UHGV virus genome: UHGV-0197631
From: a virus
Length of the DNA stretch: 43,736 nucleotides
Strand: one strand, 5' to 3'
The notes below the pieces were generated by a model, which was not told where the DNA came from, did no database searches, and saw only the letters and a list, made by a program, of their open reading frames with translations. Made by a program: the position numbers and the translations under genes. Numbering within the stretch: the stretch's first letter is position 1; every line of letters begins with the position of its first letter. This document shows, one piece after another, positions 27,153-36,734 of this stretch.

Positions 27153-27689
27153 ATGTCATTTATTAAAACTTTTTCCGGGAAGCATTTTTATTATGACAGG
27201 ATAAATAAAGACGACATCGATATTAACGATATCGCGGTTTCCCTTTCAAATATCTGTCGCTTTGCCGGTCATCTTTCGCACTTCTACAGCGTCGCCCAAC
27301 ATGCGGTTCTTTGCAGCCAGCTGGTGCCGCAGGAATTTGCTTTTGAAGCGTTAATGCATGATGCAACAGAAGCGTATTGCCAGGACATTCCCGCACCACT
27401 GAAACGCCTTCTTCCTGACTATAAACAAATGGAAGAAAAAATAGACGCCGTAATCCGTGAGAAATACGGGTTACCCCCAGTTATGAGTACGCCCGTGAAA
27501 TATGCCGATCTCATCATGCTGGCAACCGAACGCCGCGATCTCGGGCTTGATGATGGCTCTTTCTGGCCTGTACTGGAAGGTATCCCGGCAACAGAGATGT
27601 TCAACGTGATTCCACTGGCTCCAGGCCATGCCTACGGGATGTTTATGGAACGCTTTAACGAATTATCGGAGTTACGCAAATGCGCATGA
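27153..27689 (+). CDS. HD-domain phosphohydrolase (YfdR-like 5'-deoxynucleotidase family)
   Basis: H...HD motif (RFAGHL ... LMHDATEAY) and further D residues; start at MSFIKTF. Confidence 0.6.
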   Translation: MSFIKTFSGKHFYYDRINKDDIDINDIAVSLSNICRFAGHLSHFYSVAQHAVLCSQLVPQEFAFEALMHDATEAYCQDIPAPLKRLLPDYKQMEEKIDAVIREKYGLPPVMSTPVKYADLIMLATERRDLGLDDGSFWPVLEGIPATEMFNVIPLAPGHAYGMFMERFNELSELRKCA

Positions 27690-28042
27690 ATGTTTTCGAA
27701 ATGGAAGGGTTTCTTCGTGGGAGATGTGTACCGCGAGATCTGAAAGTGAATGAAACGGATGCTGAATACCTAGTGCGTAAATTCGATGCGCTTGAAGCTA
27801 AATGTGCAGCACAGGAAAACAAAGTAATACCAGTGTCAACTGAACTGCCACCAGCAAATGAAAGTGTTTTGTTATTCGATGCTAACGGAGAAGGCTGGCT
27901 AATTGGCTGGCGTTCTCTCTGGTACACCTGGGGACAAAAAGAAACCGGAGAATGGCAGTGGACATTTCAGGTCGGGGACCTTGAAAACGTCAATATCACT
28001 CACTGGGCAGTAATGCCAAAAGCACCGGAGGCTGGAGCATAA
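27680..28042 (+). CDS. hypothetical prophage protein (YfdS/DUF551-like position)
   Basis: 120 aa, Trp-rich C-terminus; overlaps neighbours by 10 and 1 nt. Confidence 0.45.
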   Translation: MRMNVFEMEGFLRGRCVPRDLKVNETDAEYLVRKFDALEAKCAAQENKVIPVSTELPPANESVLLFDANGEGWLIGWRSLWYTWGQKETGEWQWTFQVGDLENVNITHWAVMPKAPEAGA

Positions 28043-28347
28043 TGACCACTTTTACCGACAAAGAACTGATTAAAGAAATTAAAGAGCGTATCAGCAGCCT
28101 TGACGTGCGAGACGATATTGAGCGCCGTGCTTATGAAATCGCACTCCTATCTCTGGAAGTAGAACCAGATGAACGCGAAGCTTATGAATTATTCATGGAA
28201 AAGCGTTTTGGTGACTTAGTAGATCGTCGGAGAGCAAAAAACGGCGATAACGAATACATGGCATGGAATATGACTCTCGGTTGGATCGTCTGGCAGCAAC
28301 GAGCTGGTATCCATTTCTCAAAAATCTCACAGCAAGAGGTGAAATAA
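28042..28347 (+). CDS. hypothetical prophage protein (YfdT-like position)
   Basis: 101 aa; translationally coupled. Confidence 0.45.
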   Translation: MTTFTDKELIKEIKERISSLDVRDDIERRAYEIALLSLEVEPDEREAYELFMEKRFGDLVDRRRAKNGDNEYMAWNMTLGWIVWQQRAGIHFSKISQQEVK

Positions 28348-28697
28348 TGGAGCCATACAGCCTCACACTCGATGAGGCCTGTCATTTTCTCAAGATATCC
28401 AGACCGACTGCCATTAACTGGATACGCACAGGGCGTCTTCAGGCAACACGCAAAGATCCCACTAAGAATAAATCTCCTTACCTCACAACACGACAAGCCT
28501 GCATTGCGGCTCTTCAGTCTCCGCTGCATACTGTCCAGGTGAGCGCGGGTGATGGCATAACAGAGGAAAGAAAATGTCACTCTTCCGCAGAGGTGAAATA
28601 TGGTACGCCAGTTTCACATTGCCGAACGGTAAAAGATTTAAACAGTCTCTTGGAACAAAGGACAAAAGGCAGGCGACAGAACTCCATGACAAGCTAA
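28347..28697 (+). CDS. xis: excisionase-like HTH protein (Xis)
   Basis: [33 protein letters not shown] is an HTH_17/AlpA-Xis type motif; AGAGGTG Shine-Dalgarno upstream; ORF overlaps the int start, so the true C-terminus is uncertain. Confidence 0.5.
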   Translation: MEPYSLTLDEACHFLKISRPTAINWIRTGRLQATRKDPTKNKSPYLTTRQACIAALQSPLHTVQVSAGDGITEERKCHSSAEVKYGTPVSHCRTVKDLNSLLEQRTKGRRQNSMTS

Positions 28698-29737
28698 AGG
28701 CTGAAGCATGGCGGGTCAGCAAACTTGGTGAAATACCTGATATAACGTTCGAGGAAGCGTGTGTCAGGTGGCTTGAAGAGAAAGCACATAAAAAATCACT
28801 GGACGATGACAAAAGCCGGATCGGATTCTGGCTTCAACATTTCGCAGGAATGCAACTAAGAGACATTACTGAATCAAAAATTTATTCAGCAATGCAGAAA
28901 ATGACGAACCGGCGTCATGAGGAAAACTGGAAACTCAGGGCAGAAGCATGCAGAAAAAAAGGGAAACCTGTTCCAGAATACACGCCAAAACCAGCGTCCG
29001 TTGCAACGAAGGCTACGCATCTTTCATTTATAAAGGCCCTACTAAGAGCCGCAGAGCGTGAATGGAAAATGCTGGATAAGGCACCAATTATTAAAGTGCC
29101 TCAACCAAAGAATAAACGGATCCGCTGGCTGGAGCCCCATGAAGCACAAAGGCTGATTGATGAATGTCCGGAGCCATTAAAGTCTGTTGTTGAATTTGCA
29201 CTGGCAACAGGCTTAAGACGCTCGAACATCATCAACCTTGAATGGCAACAAATAGATATGCAGCGCCGGGTGGCATGGATAAACCCGGAAGAGAGTAAAT
29301 CAAACCGCGCAATTGGCGTTGCGCTGAATGATACTGCATGTCGCGTATTGAAAAAACAAATCGGGAATCATCACCGTTGGGTATTTGTGTACAAGGAAAG
29401 CTGTACCAAACCAGACGGAACGAAAGCGCCAACAGTAAGGAAGATGCGGTATGACGCAAACACAGCCTGGAAAGCGGCGCTGAGACGGGCTGGTATTGAT
29501 GATTTCAGATTTCACGACTTGAGACACACCTGGGCAAGTTGGCTGGTTCAAGCCGGAGTCCCGTTGTCAGTGTTACAGGAAATGGGAGGCTGGGAGTCTA
29601 TCGAAATGGTTCGTCGATATGCTCACCTTGCACCTAATCACCTTACCGAACACGCACGGCAAATAGACTCGATCCTGAACCCATCGGTCCCAAATTTGTC
29701 CCAGTCAAAAAATAAGGAAGGTACAAATGATGTGTAA
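28574..29737 (+). CDS. int: tyrosine integrase (lambda-type)
   Basis: 387 aa; catalytic-region motifs ([10 protein letters not shown] ... RRYAHL); ends 14 nt before the tRNA-Thr-derived att core. Confidence 0.85.
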   Translation: MSLFRRGEIWYASFTLPNGKRFKQSLGTKDKRQATELHDKLKAEAWRVSKLGEIPDITFEEACVRWLEEKAHKKSLDDDKSRIGFWLQHFAGMQLRDITESKIYSAMQKMTNRRHEENWKLRAEACRKKGKPVPEYTPKPASVATKATHLSFIKALLRAAEREWKMLDKAPIIKVPQPKNKRIRWLEPHEAQRLIDECPEPLKSVVEFALATGLRRSNIINLEWQQIDMQRRVAWINPEESKSNRAIGVALNDTACRVLKKQIGNHHRWVFVYKESCTKPDGTKAPTVRKMRYDANTAWKAALRRAGIDDFRFHDLRHTWASWLVQAGVPLSVLQEMGGWESIEMVRRYAHLAPNHLTEHARQIDSILNPSVPNLSQSKNKEGTNDV

Positions 29738-29751
29738 CTTATTGATTTAAA

Positions 29752-29800
29752 TGGTGCCGATAATAGGAGTCGAACCTACGACCTTCGCATTACGAATGCG
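29752..29800 (-). other. att core: 49-nt 3' portion of tRNA-Thr(CGU) (thrW-type), not a complete tRNA gene
   Basis: Reverse complement reads CGCATTCGTAATGCGAAGGTCGTAGGTTCGACTCCTATTATCGGCACCA (anticodon loop with CGT, T-arm, acceptor 3' end, CCA); D-arm and 5' acceptor half are absent. Confidence 0.7.
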
Positions 29801-29984
29801 ACGTTAATATACTTTCAACTGTTTGAATAGTCACTCTAAAACTCATTTTTATCATTATAAAACATACTATTACCATAAATCACCTATTGATTAAAATTGA
29901 CAGGTGTTGATGTTTATTCCCGCAATTTACTTACACCAGCCGTTACATTACTGTAAGACAGAAATCCTCAACTGGAACCAGACT

Positions 29985-31283
29985 ATGGCGCTTTCAAGAC
30001 AAAAACTCACCTTCGAAAGACTTCGCAGATTTACTTTACCGGAAGGAAAAAAACAAACCTTCCTTTGGGATGCGGATGTTACAACTCTGGCATGCCGAGC
30101 AACTAGCGGAGCAAAAGCCTTCGTATTCCAAAGCGTTTATGCGGGAAAAACCCTTCGCATGACCATTGGCAACATTAATGACTGGAGGATTGATGAAGCA
30201 AGGAGCGAGGCAAGACGGTTACAAACATTGATCGATACCGGGATAGATCCGCGAATTGCTAAGGCTGTAAAAATCGCAGAAGCAGCATCTCAGCAGGCAG
30301 AATCACGTAAAACAAAAGTGACTTTCTCCGTCGCCTGGGAAGACTATCTTCAGGAATTGCGAAACGGTATCAGTGCAAAAACCAAGCGTCCATATTCTAC
30401 TCGATACATTGCAGATCACATCAACTTGTCCAGCCGTGGAGGGGAAAGTAAAAAAAGAGGTCAGGGCCCAACCTCAGCTGGACCATTAGCTTGTTTGCTC
30501 GACCTACCGCTATCAGATCTAACACCGGACTATATTGCTGCATGGCTGAGTACAGAAAGACAAAATAGACCGACTGTCACTGCCCATGCTTATCGCCTGC
30601 TGCGTGCTTTCATCAAATGGAGTAATTATCAGAAAAAATATCAGGGAATTATTTCTGGCGATCTTGCACAAGATTACAACGTAAAAAAAATGGTGCCAGT
30701 GTCTGCGAGCAAAGCCGATGATTGCTTGCAAAAAGAACAACTCAAAAGCTGGTTTAGATCCGTGCGTGGCCTTAGTAGCCCTGTTGCGTCAGCGTATCTT
30801 CAGGTGCTTTTACTTACCGGTGCGCGGCGTGAAGAAATTGCGTCACTTCGCTGGTCAGACGTCGATTTCAAATGGGCAAGCATGCGAATTAAAGACAAAA
30901 TCGAAGGAGAACGCATCATCCCTCTCACACCTTATGTTTCTAGCCTATTAAACGCGCTGTCCGCAGCCCCAAATGCTGAGGTAAGTAAGGAGAATTGGGT
31001 TTTCAGAAGTCATAGCAAAAGCGGCAAAATTATTGAACCTCGTTCAGCACACAATCGGGCTTTAGCGCAGGCTGAATTACCGCACATTAGTGTACATGGG
31101 CTACGCCGTAGTTTTGGTACGCTTGCCGAGTGGGTTGAAGTGCCAACTGGTATTGTTGCGCAGATTATGGGCCATAAGCCTAGTGCTCTTGCTGAGAAAC
31201 ACTATCGCCGCCGTCCACTGGATCTGCTGAGAAAATGGCATGAGAAAATTGAGACCTGGATCTTAGAACAGGCTGATATTTGA
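29985..31283 (+). CDS. tyrosine integrase (P4/CP4-57-type)
   Basis: Start at MALSRQKLTFERL; N-terminal arm-binding-like region, C-terminal catalytic region (HGLRRSFGT ... HY); second integrase abutting the same att core. Confidence 0.8.
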   Translation: MALSRQKLTFERLRRFTLPEGKKQTFLWDADVTTLACRATSGAKAFVFQSVYAGKTLRMTIGNINDWRIDEARSEARRLQTLIDTGIDPRIAKAVKIAEAASQQAESRKTKVTFSVAWEDYLQELRNGISAKTKRPYSTRYIADHINLSSRGGESKKRGQGPTSAGPLACLLDLPLSDLTPDYIAAWLSTERQNRPTVTAHAYRLLRAFIKWSNYQKKYQGIISGDLAQDYNVKKMVPVSASKADDCLQKEQLKSWFRSVRGLSSPVASAYLQVLLLTGARREEIASLRWSDVDFKWASMRIKDKIEGERIIPLTPYVSSLLNALSAAPNAEVSKENWVFRSHSKSGKIIEPRSAHNRALAQAELPHISVHGLRRSFGTLAEWVEVPTGIVAQIMGHKPSALAEKHYRRRPLDLLRKWHEKIETWILEQADI

Positions 31284-31418
31284 AAATAAATCGATGTTGA
31301 TTAGTGTTGATTTTATTATAAATCAATTAGTTATAAACAAATCGCTTAGTTGACATCACTAAGCTTTATGGTGACAATTCTTCCACTTTAATACATTAAC
31401 TCAAAGAGGATACATGGA

Positions 31419-31862
31419 ATGAATAATCCAGCTTTTGACATACCAGAGCGGGAGATGCTTATCATCATAGATTCAAATGCTGAATCAACATGTCCAGAAG
31501 TTAATTGGGCCGAATGCGAGGCACAGGTTAACGCTCTGTTTAAAAATGCCTATAGTGAAACTAAATGCTTCATTGCTCGTGCTAAGGTAAGATTCTCGCA
31601 GCACATGAGAAGTATTAGCCGTACAGTTTTGCAATGCTTCTCATCCCCACGTCTTCAATCCAAAAACCGTGCTTCAAGATCTCGCCGTAGCCATAGCTCT
31701 TCACGGAGCAGCGGCCGCTCAGCCAAATCTAGTGATAGTGACAGTTCCCCCTCGGACCCCTTACCTCTTCATAACCTATCTCTAAGTCTTCATTTAAATC
31801 TCTCTTCGCTTTTTTCACTTTTTAGCATGGCTCATACCTCTATCGACGAGGTGATCAAATGA
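31419..31862 (+). CDS. hypothetical protein with Ser/Arg-rich low-complexity C-terminus (possibly degraded)
   Basis: 147 aa; C-terminal half is SRSRRSHSSSRSSGRSAKSSDSDSS..., atypical for a folded protein. Confidence 0.25.
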   Translation: MNNPAFDIPEREMLIIIDSNAESTCPEVNWAECEAQVNALFKNAYSETKCFIARAKVRFSQHMRSISRTVLQCFSSPRLQSKNRASRSRRSHSSSRSSGRSAKSSDSDSSPSDPLPLHNLSLSLHLNLSSLFSLFSMAHTSIDEVIK

Positions 31863-32098
31863 GCGGCATCCTATTATCTCAGTTACCTAAAGATATTCCT
31901 GCATCTTCCCTGATTTACGTAAAGGAAGTCGCCAGCCTTCTCGGACTACAGCCTCAGACGATCAGGAAGTGGATTTGCCATGATTCATTGCCTGAAGGGC
32001 TACCAACACCAAAAAAGCTAAACAGAAAAAACTGCTGGCTAAGAACCGATATTGAATCCTTTATTGCAACAAAGTTTTCAAATAACAGTAAATTCTGA
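31859..32098 (+). CDS. alpA: AlpA-family transcriptional regulator / excisionase-like
   Basis: 79 aa with HTH_17-like motif (YVKEVASLLGLQPQTIRKWI); position after integrase as in CP4-57. Confidence 0.65.
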   Translation: MSGILLSQLPKDIPASSLIYVKEVASLLGLQPQTIRKWICHDSLPEGLPTPKKLNRKNCWLRTDIESFIATKFSNNSKF

Positions 32099-32106
32099 GG
32101 CAAAAG

Positions 32107-33498
32107 ATGGAAAAACTTCCTTACCCAATTGATGCCTTTCCAATAATCATGAGAAATGCTGCCTATGAAGAGCATAATATCACTAAAGCTCCCATGGCAA
32201 TGATAGGGTCTGCAATGTTGAGCGCAGTATCCTTGGCTTGCCAAAGCAAAGTTGATGTAGAAAGGCCTGGAGGACTTAAAGGTCCAACATCTCTTTTTTT
32301 TGTTACAATCGCAGAATCAGGCGAACGAAAAAGTGCAATTGACAAAAATGTATTTTCTGCGATACATGAATGCGAAAAAATGTTCGCACAGCAACACGCC
32401 GAAGAAATGAATTGGTATTCCGGTGCCGTTGAGATCTATGAAGCAGAAAAGAAAGCTCTATTTTCCAAATTAAAAATGCAGATAAAAAAAGGTCTTGATA
32501 CCTCTCAAACCAAAGATGATATCGATGAATTAAATTCAAAAAAGCCTGTCCTTCCCCGTTCACGAAAATTAATCATGAGTGACACCACTCCAGCGGCATT
32601 AAAAGATCATTTATCTGGGGAAGGTCGATCGGTCGGCATTCTCTCAGATGAAGGTGGTGTGGTGTTTGGTGGTTCGGCACTGAATAATCCTTCGCTCATC
32701 AATACAATATGGAGTGGCGGGGATGTACATATTGACAGGAAAAACAGGGCACCAGTGACTATATCTGATGCAAGACTCACATTATCAATTATGGTTCAGC
32801 AAAATTTATTGAATACATTTCAAAGAAGCAATAATAAAATTGCAAAGGATTCAGGATTTAATGCCAGATGCCTATTCAGCCATCCTGTATCAACTCAAGG
32901 GTATCGGCAGATATATAATCCAGTAATATCCAGGGAACATATGCCAATTTTTAACGGACGCATTAAGGAACTCATTTTATCTGGTTTACATAATGACAGA
33001 GTGCTGTTGCAATTTTCACCAGCCGCAGCCAGCGCATGGATCGACTGGTATAATTTCATTGAAACTCAAATGGCCTCAACAGGAGAACTATTTAATATCA
33101 GAGATTGTGCATCAAAAATTGCCGAGAACACAGCAAGAATCGCAGCATTAATGCACTTCTTCAGAGGTGATGAGGGCGATATAACCCTCATAGCTATGGA
33201 TGCGGCCGAAAAAATCAGCACATGGTATCTCGAAGAATATCAACATTTTTTCACAAGTAGCAATAATAGCAACGACGAAAATGAACTATTCGACTGGATT
33301 ATACATTATTGCCGTTACCATGGTCTGGCACGTTTGAAGAAAAACATCATTCTTCAATATGGACCAGTTCGACTCAGGAGTAAAAAGACTATAGAACCAT
33401 TGCTGAATAACCTTGCGTATACTCAGAAAATTCTTTTTGAAACTAGGGGAAGAACCACTTACTTAATCCCAGTAAAATTAGGATCACGGCATTTATAA
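32107..33498 (+). CDS. DUF3987-like protein (YfjI-like, P4-type island replication-associated)
   Basis: 463 aa; synteny int-alpA-DUF3987 matches CP4-57-type islands. Confidence 0.55.
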   Translation: MEKLPYPIDAFPIIMRNAAYEEHNITKAPMAMIGSAMLSAVSLACQSKVDVERPGGLKGPTSLFFVTIAESGERKSAIDKNVFSAIHECEKMFAQQHAEEMNWYSGAVEIYEAEKKALFSKLKMQIKKGLDTSQTKDDIDELNSKKPVLPRSRKLIMSDTTPAALKDHLSGEGRSVGILSDEGGVVFGGSALNNPSLINTIWSGGDVHIDRKNRAPVTISDARLTLSIMVQQNLLNTFQRSNNKIAKDSGFNARCLFSHPVSTQGYRQIYNPVISREHMPIFNGRIKELILSGLHNDRVLLQFSPAAASAWIDWYNFIETQMASTGELFNIRDCASKIAENTARIAALMHFFRGDEGDITLIAMDAAEKISTWYLEEYQHFFTSSNNSNDENELFDWIIHYCRYHGLARLKKNIILQYGPVRLRSKKTIEPLLNNLAYTQKILFETRGRTTYLIPVKLGSRHL

Positions 33499-33690
33499 GT
33501 TAAATAGAATGAATCTAACTGCAGAGTTATTTTTACGTAAAAAACAAACTCTCAGTGAAATAAATGACACAAAATCAAGTTGGATAGGTATTATTACACC
33601 TGACCTTATTATTTATATCTATTCATCTTGTTATATATACATTATACAACATCAACTGAATTAATCCTTATAGATAGATGGGTATATACT

Positions 33691-34308
33691 ATGAAACAAT
33701 ATCAAGGATCACATGGTCTTCATGTGGCAGCCTGGCGTGATAGCATAATTGATGTTCTTGACAATGCTTCAAATGAATTTAGTCGCATTATGGCTGTGCG
33801 AGTAGACCTTCACCATCCAAGGATATTGGATAACGGAGACACTGTTTGCTGCTTCCCTAATCTCAAGTCAGGTGAAATTTCGAGGTTTATTAACTCCCTA
33901 AAAGCGATGCTTGCTGCTCATGAATATCGACGAGCACAGAATGGAACCCGAATCTACCCAAACACTTTACGCGATATGTGGGCTAAGGAGTACTCTCAAT
34001 CAGGAAAATGCCATTATCATGCCTGTCTTGTATTTAATAAAGATGCATATTACCACCTTGGTAGCTATGATGATGATTGCCTGAGGGGCATGATTATAAA
34101 CGCCTGGTACAGCGCATTAGGGTTACAGCCTGAGGATTGTCCTGGGCTGGTTCATTTCCCTGAAAACGGGAAATATATTCTAGACAAAAATAAACCAGGT
34201 TTTATTTTTGATTATCATGCCCTACTAAAGCGGCTCGAATATCTTACCAAGGTTGACTCGAAGGTTTTTGGGGAAGGTGATAGGAATTTTGGGTGCAGTC
34301 GGGGTTAA
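33691..34308 (+). CDS. inovirus Gp2-family protein (YfjJ-like)
   Basis: Start at MKQYQGSHG; synteny after DUF3987 gene. Confidence 0.5.
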   Translation: MKQYQGSHGLHVAAWRDSIIDVLDNASNEFSRIMAVRVDLHHPRILDNGDTVCCFPNLKSGEISRFINSLKAMLAAHEYRRAQNGTRIYPNTLRDMWAKEYSQSGKCHYHACLVFNKDAYYHLGSYDDDCLRGMIINAWYSALGLQPEDCPGLVHFPENGKYILDKNKPGFIFDYHALLKRLEYLTKVDSKVFGEGDRNFGCSRG

Positions 34309-34361
34309 TCATTTAACTAGGCCTTGTTATACATATTAGCAAGGCCTAAAGCTCAACTAAC

Positions 34362-35336
34362 CTACAGAAGACGAATTAACTCTTCCCGTGAAATCCTGCG
34401 ACGATGTACCTCATCATGGCAAACATTACAGAGAGTAATTAAGTTATCCAGTGTATTTTCTCCGCCATCAGCATGATGTTCAATATGATGTAACTCGAGG
34501 AATGTTCTGGGGTCATTTGCGATTTTACGGGCATGAGACCAGTGGCAGTGCCTGCATGCATGATGGTCACGCTCAAGTACAGCGACACGTACAGGATCGG
34601 GGATCTTTCGGTCATGCACTTCAGCCTGTCGATCTTCCTCGAGTAAATAAGCTCCGACTTCTAGCTCCGGTCTACCGGAATTTTTGGTGGCGATTGGCCA
34701 GCCATCTTCTGTACGTAGCTCACGTGTTCGTCGCGCCCACTCCTTGCTATCGTTTGCAAGGTATCGTAGTTCTTCGCCAGTCACGGGACGGCCAACGTTC
34801 TTACGCAGATAAGACAGAATTTTATCTTTCGTGGAGATTTTGCTTCGTCTGAGGACATTAGCTTCATTCCACCGCAGAGCTGCTTCCCTGTCCTGTTCTG
34901 CTGTCATCAGCGCATAAACGTCGGTTTTAAGAACGTTAATCGCACTGGCATGGAGCTCTTCCAGTGTAACCTCTCCTTGTTCGATCATTTCCTTCAACGT
35001 AGTGCCGCTTAATACGGACCAACCAAACTGCACACGCAGCTCTCTGATCCTTCTGGCATATTCACTGATACCCGCAACAACCATCAGTTCGTCACCATGG
35101 ATGATGACGCCGGGATATTTGAGTAAATAAGCCAGAATTCGGTCACGGGCTGAATTGCAATTCTCATCATTCATCAAAGAACTGCCTAAATCCCGCAGCA
35201 AATGATTGGCGGGGATTAATGCCAAAACCTGTTCCCGTAGGGAATCATCCTTGAGCTTAAACTCAAAGTCGGTAATCAACGCCAGAAGCTGTTTACGCAG
35301 CGTTTCCGGTACGCTCTTCTTCGATCTTCTCGCCAT
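34362..35336 (-). CDS. HNH endonuclease with tandem N-terminal repeat domains (putative restriction endonuclease)
   Basis: C-terminal HNH motif (HHACRHCHWSH...ELHHIEHHADGGENTLDNLITLCNVCHDEVH); two similar internal segments (EYARRIRELRVQFGWSV / EWARRTRELRTEDGWPI); overlaps the methyltransferase gene by 44 nt. Confidence 0.65.
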   Translation of the reverse strand: MARRSKKSVPETLRKQLLALITDFEFKLKDDSLREQVLALIPANHLLRDLGSSLMNDENCNSARDRILAYLLKYPGVIIHGDELMVVAGISEYARRIRELRVQFGWSVLSGTTLKEMIEQGEVTLEELHASAINVLKTDVYALMTAEQDREAALRWNEANVLRRSKISTKDKILSYLRKNVGRPVTGEELRYLANDSKEWARRTRELRTEDGWPIATKNSGRPELEVGAYLLEEDRQAEVHDRKIPDPVRVAVLERDHHACRHCHWSHARKIANDPRTFLELHHIEHHADGGENTLDNLITLCNVCHDEVHRRRISREELIRLL

Positions 35337-36423
35337 TTTGAATTAGGTATTCCATTAAATTGAGAACGTAGGTCGCAATCTTCTGCGCAAAAACTGGTGG
35401 TACTGCATTGCCAATTTGCCTTGCGATTTCGGTTTTTGAACCCACAAAAACAAATTCATCCGGGAAACTCATCAGGCGCGCGGCTTCACGATGCGTAATT
35501 GGACGATGTTGCTCTGGATGTAGATAACGCCCCTTCTCAGGCTTAAAGAACTCCGTGCGGATCGTGACAGAAGGCCTCTCCCACCACAAACGGCCAAACA
35601 AATCCGTTCCACCCGAGGTTTTTTTAATCCAGCAGGCAGGGGTAATGTCAGGTCTATTCTTTTGCAAATCAAACCGGTTTCCCCCTACCGGAACAGCTCG
35701 GTAGCGTTCCTGCGAAAGCGCAGTTGGATTTCGACCAAAGTGGAGATCTAATGGGGGTGGAAGATCACGCACCTCAGTCCCAACCGGCTCAGGCAAATCA
35801 CCTATAAAATCTCTGACTGTCAGCCAGGCTGGTAGATCCGCCCCCTTATCAGGATTCTGGTGCGACTGTACAGGTGGGAACGTTGGGATGCTATTCAGCA
35901 GGAATCGCTCTTTTTTAATTCCAATTGCAATAGCACGTTTGCGCGTCTGCGGAGCCCCGTAGTCGGCTGTGTTAAGGACAGAAGGATTCAGAAGCAGAAA
36001 ACCCATGCTTTCAGCACGAGCACAAATGTCCTGAAATTCATCACTGGACAAGAGGCCCGGAACATTTTCCATCACAAATACAGAAGCAGAAGACCTCTCA
36101 ATGATATCCATATACGGCTCCCAGAGCGCCCGTCGATGGTCCCTTTCTCGGTTCTTGTTGAGCAGGCTGAATCCCTGGCATGGCGGGCCGCCGATAACAA
36201 TATCAGCCTCAGGAATGCTGTTTTCAGCAATCCACTCTTCGATGTTCGCTACAATGCCATGCTCGCCAAAGTTGGCATTGTATGTACTGATAGCCGCCTT
36301 GTCATTGTCCAGAGCTAGGACGCTTTCAAAATGAGCGCCATTTTCCCCCTTCATGAAGCCGCAGGATAAACCGCCAGCGCCACAAAACAGATCAATGACT
36401 TTTAATTTATTGATTTTACTCAT
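35293..36423 (-). CDS. DNA (cytosine-5)-methyltransferase
   Basis: Motif I FCGAGG, motif IV PPCQGFS, ENV motif; 376 aa. Confidence 0.85.
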   Translation of the reverse strand: MSKINKLKVIDLFCGAGGLSCGFMKGENGAHFESVLALDNDKAAISTYNANFGEHGIVANIEEWIAENSIPEADIVIGGPPCQGFSLLNKNRERDHRRALWEPYMDIIERSSASVFVMENVPGLLSSDEFQDICARAESMGFLLLNPSVLNTADYGAPQTRKRAIAIGIKKERFLLNSIPTFPPVQSHQNPDKGADLPAWLTVRDFIGDLPEPVGTEVRDLPPPLDLHFGRNPTALSQERYRAVPVGGNRFDLQKNRPDITPACWIKKTSGGTDLFGRLWWERPSVTIRTEFFKPEKGRYLHPEQHRPITHREAARLMSFPDEFVFVGSKTEIARQIGNAVPPVFAQKIATYVLNLMEYLIQNGEKIEEERTGNAA

Positions 36424-36734
36424 TAAAATATAATCCTAGTTCCTACATACATATTCATGGTTAAGTATATCATAATGCGAAACTGTATGTATCCACAGTA
36501 ACAAGGTGATACGTTGTGAAAAATGCTTGGAAGTATATTGCTAGCATCATATCCCTTAATATCGATGAAAAGCAGTTTAATTATTGCTCGTAGCGGACTT
36601 TTCGACGCTTCGGGCCGTCCGCTCAGTGCCATTAGCAGACATTTTTGATATGTGGTTCCTACTAACCTGATTGTCTTAAAGAGTTTATAATTGTGCTGGA
36701 AAAGAAATTCTGATCATTATGTAGGAGAAACGTT

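Noticed and set aside
29752-29830. Complete tRNA-Thr gene
   Set aside because: Only the 3' 49 nt (anticodon loop to CCA) match a thrW-type tRNA; the sequence where the D-arm and 5' acceptor strand should be is unrelated, so this is an att core copy, not a functional tRNA.
31419-31862. Confident protein-coding call for the Ser/Arg-rich ORF
   Set aside because: C-terminal half is low-complexity and may be a frameshifted or decayed gene; retained only as a low-confidence feature.
36423-36632. 69-aa ORF downstream of the m5C methyltransferase
   Set aside because: Lies in an AT-rich intergenic/promoter region for the flanking genes; no support beyond being open.
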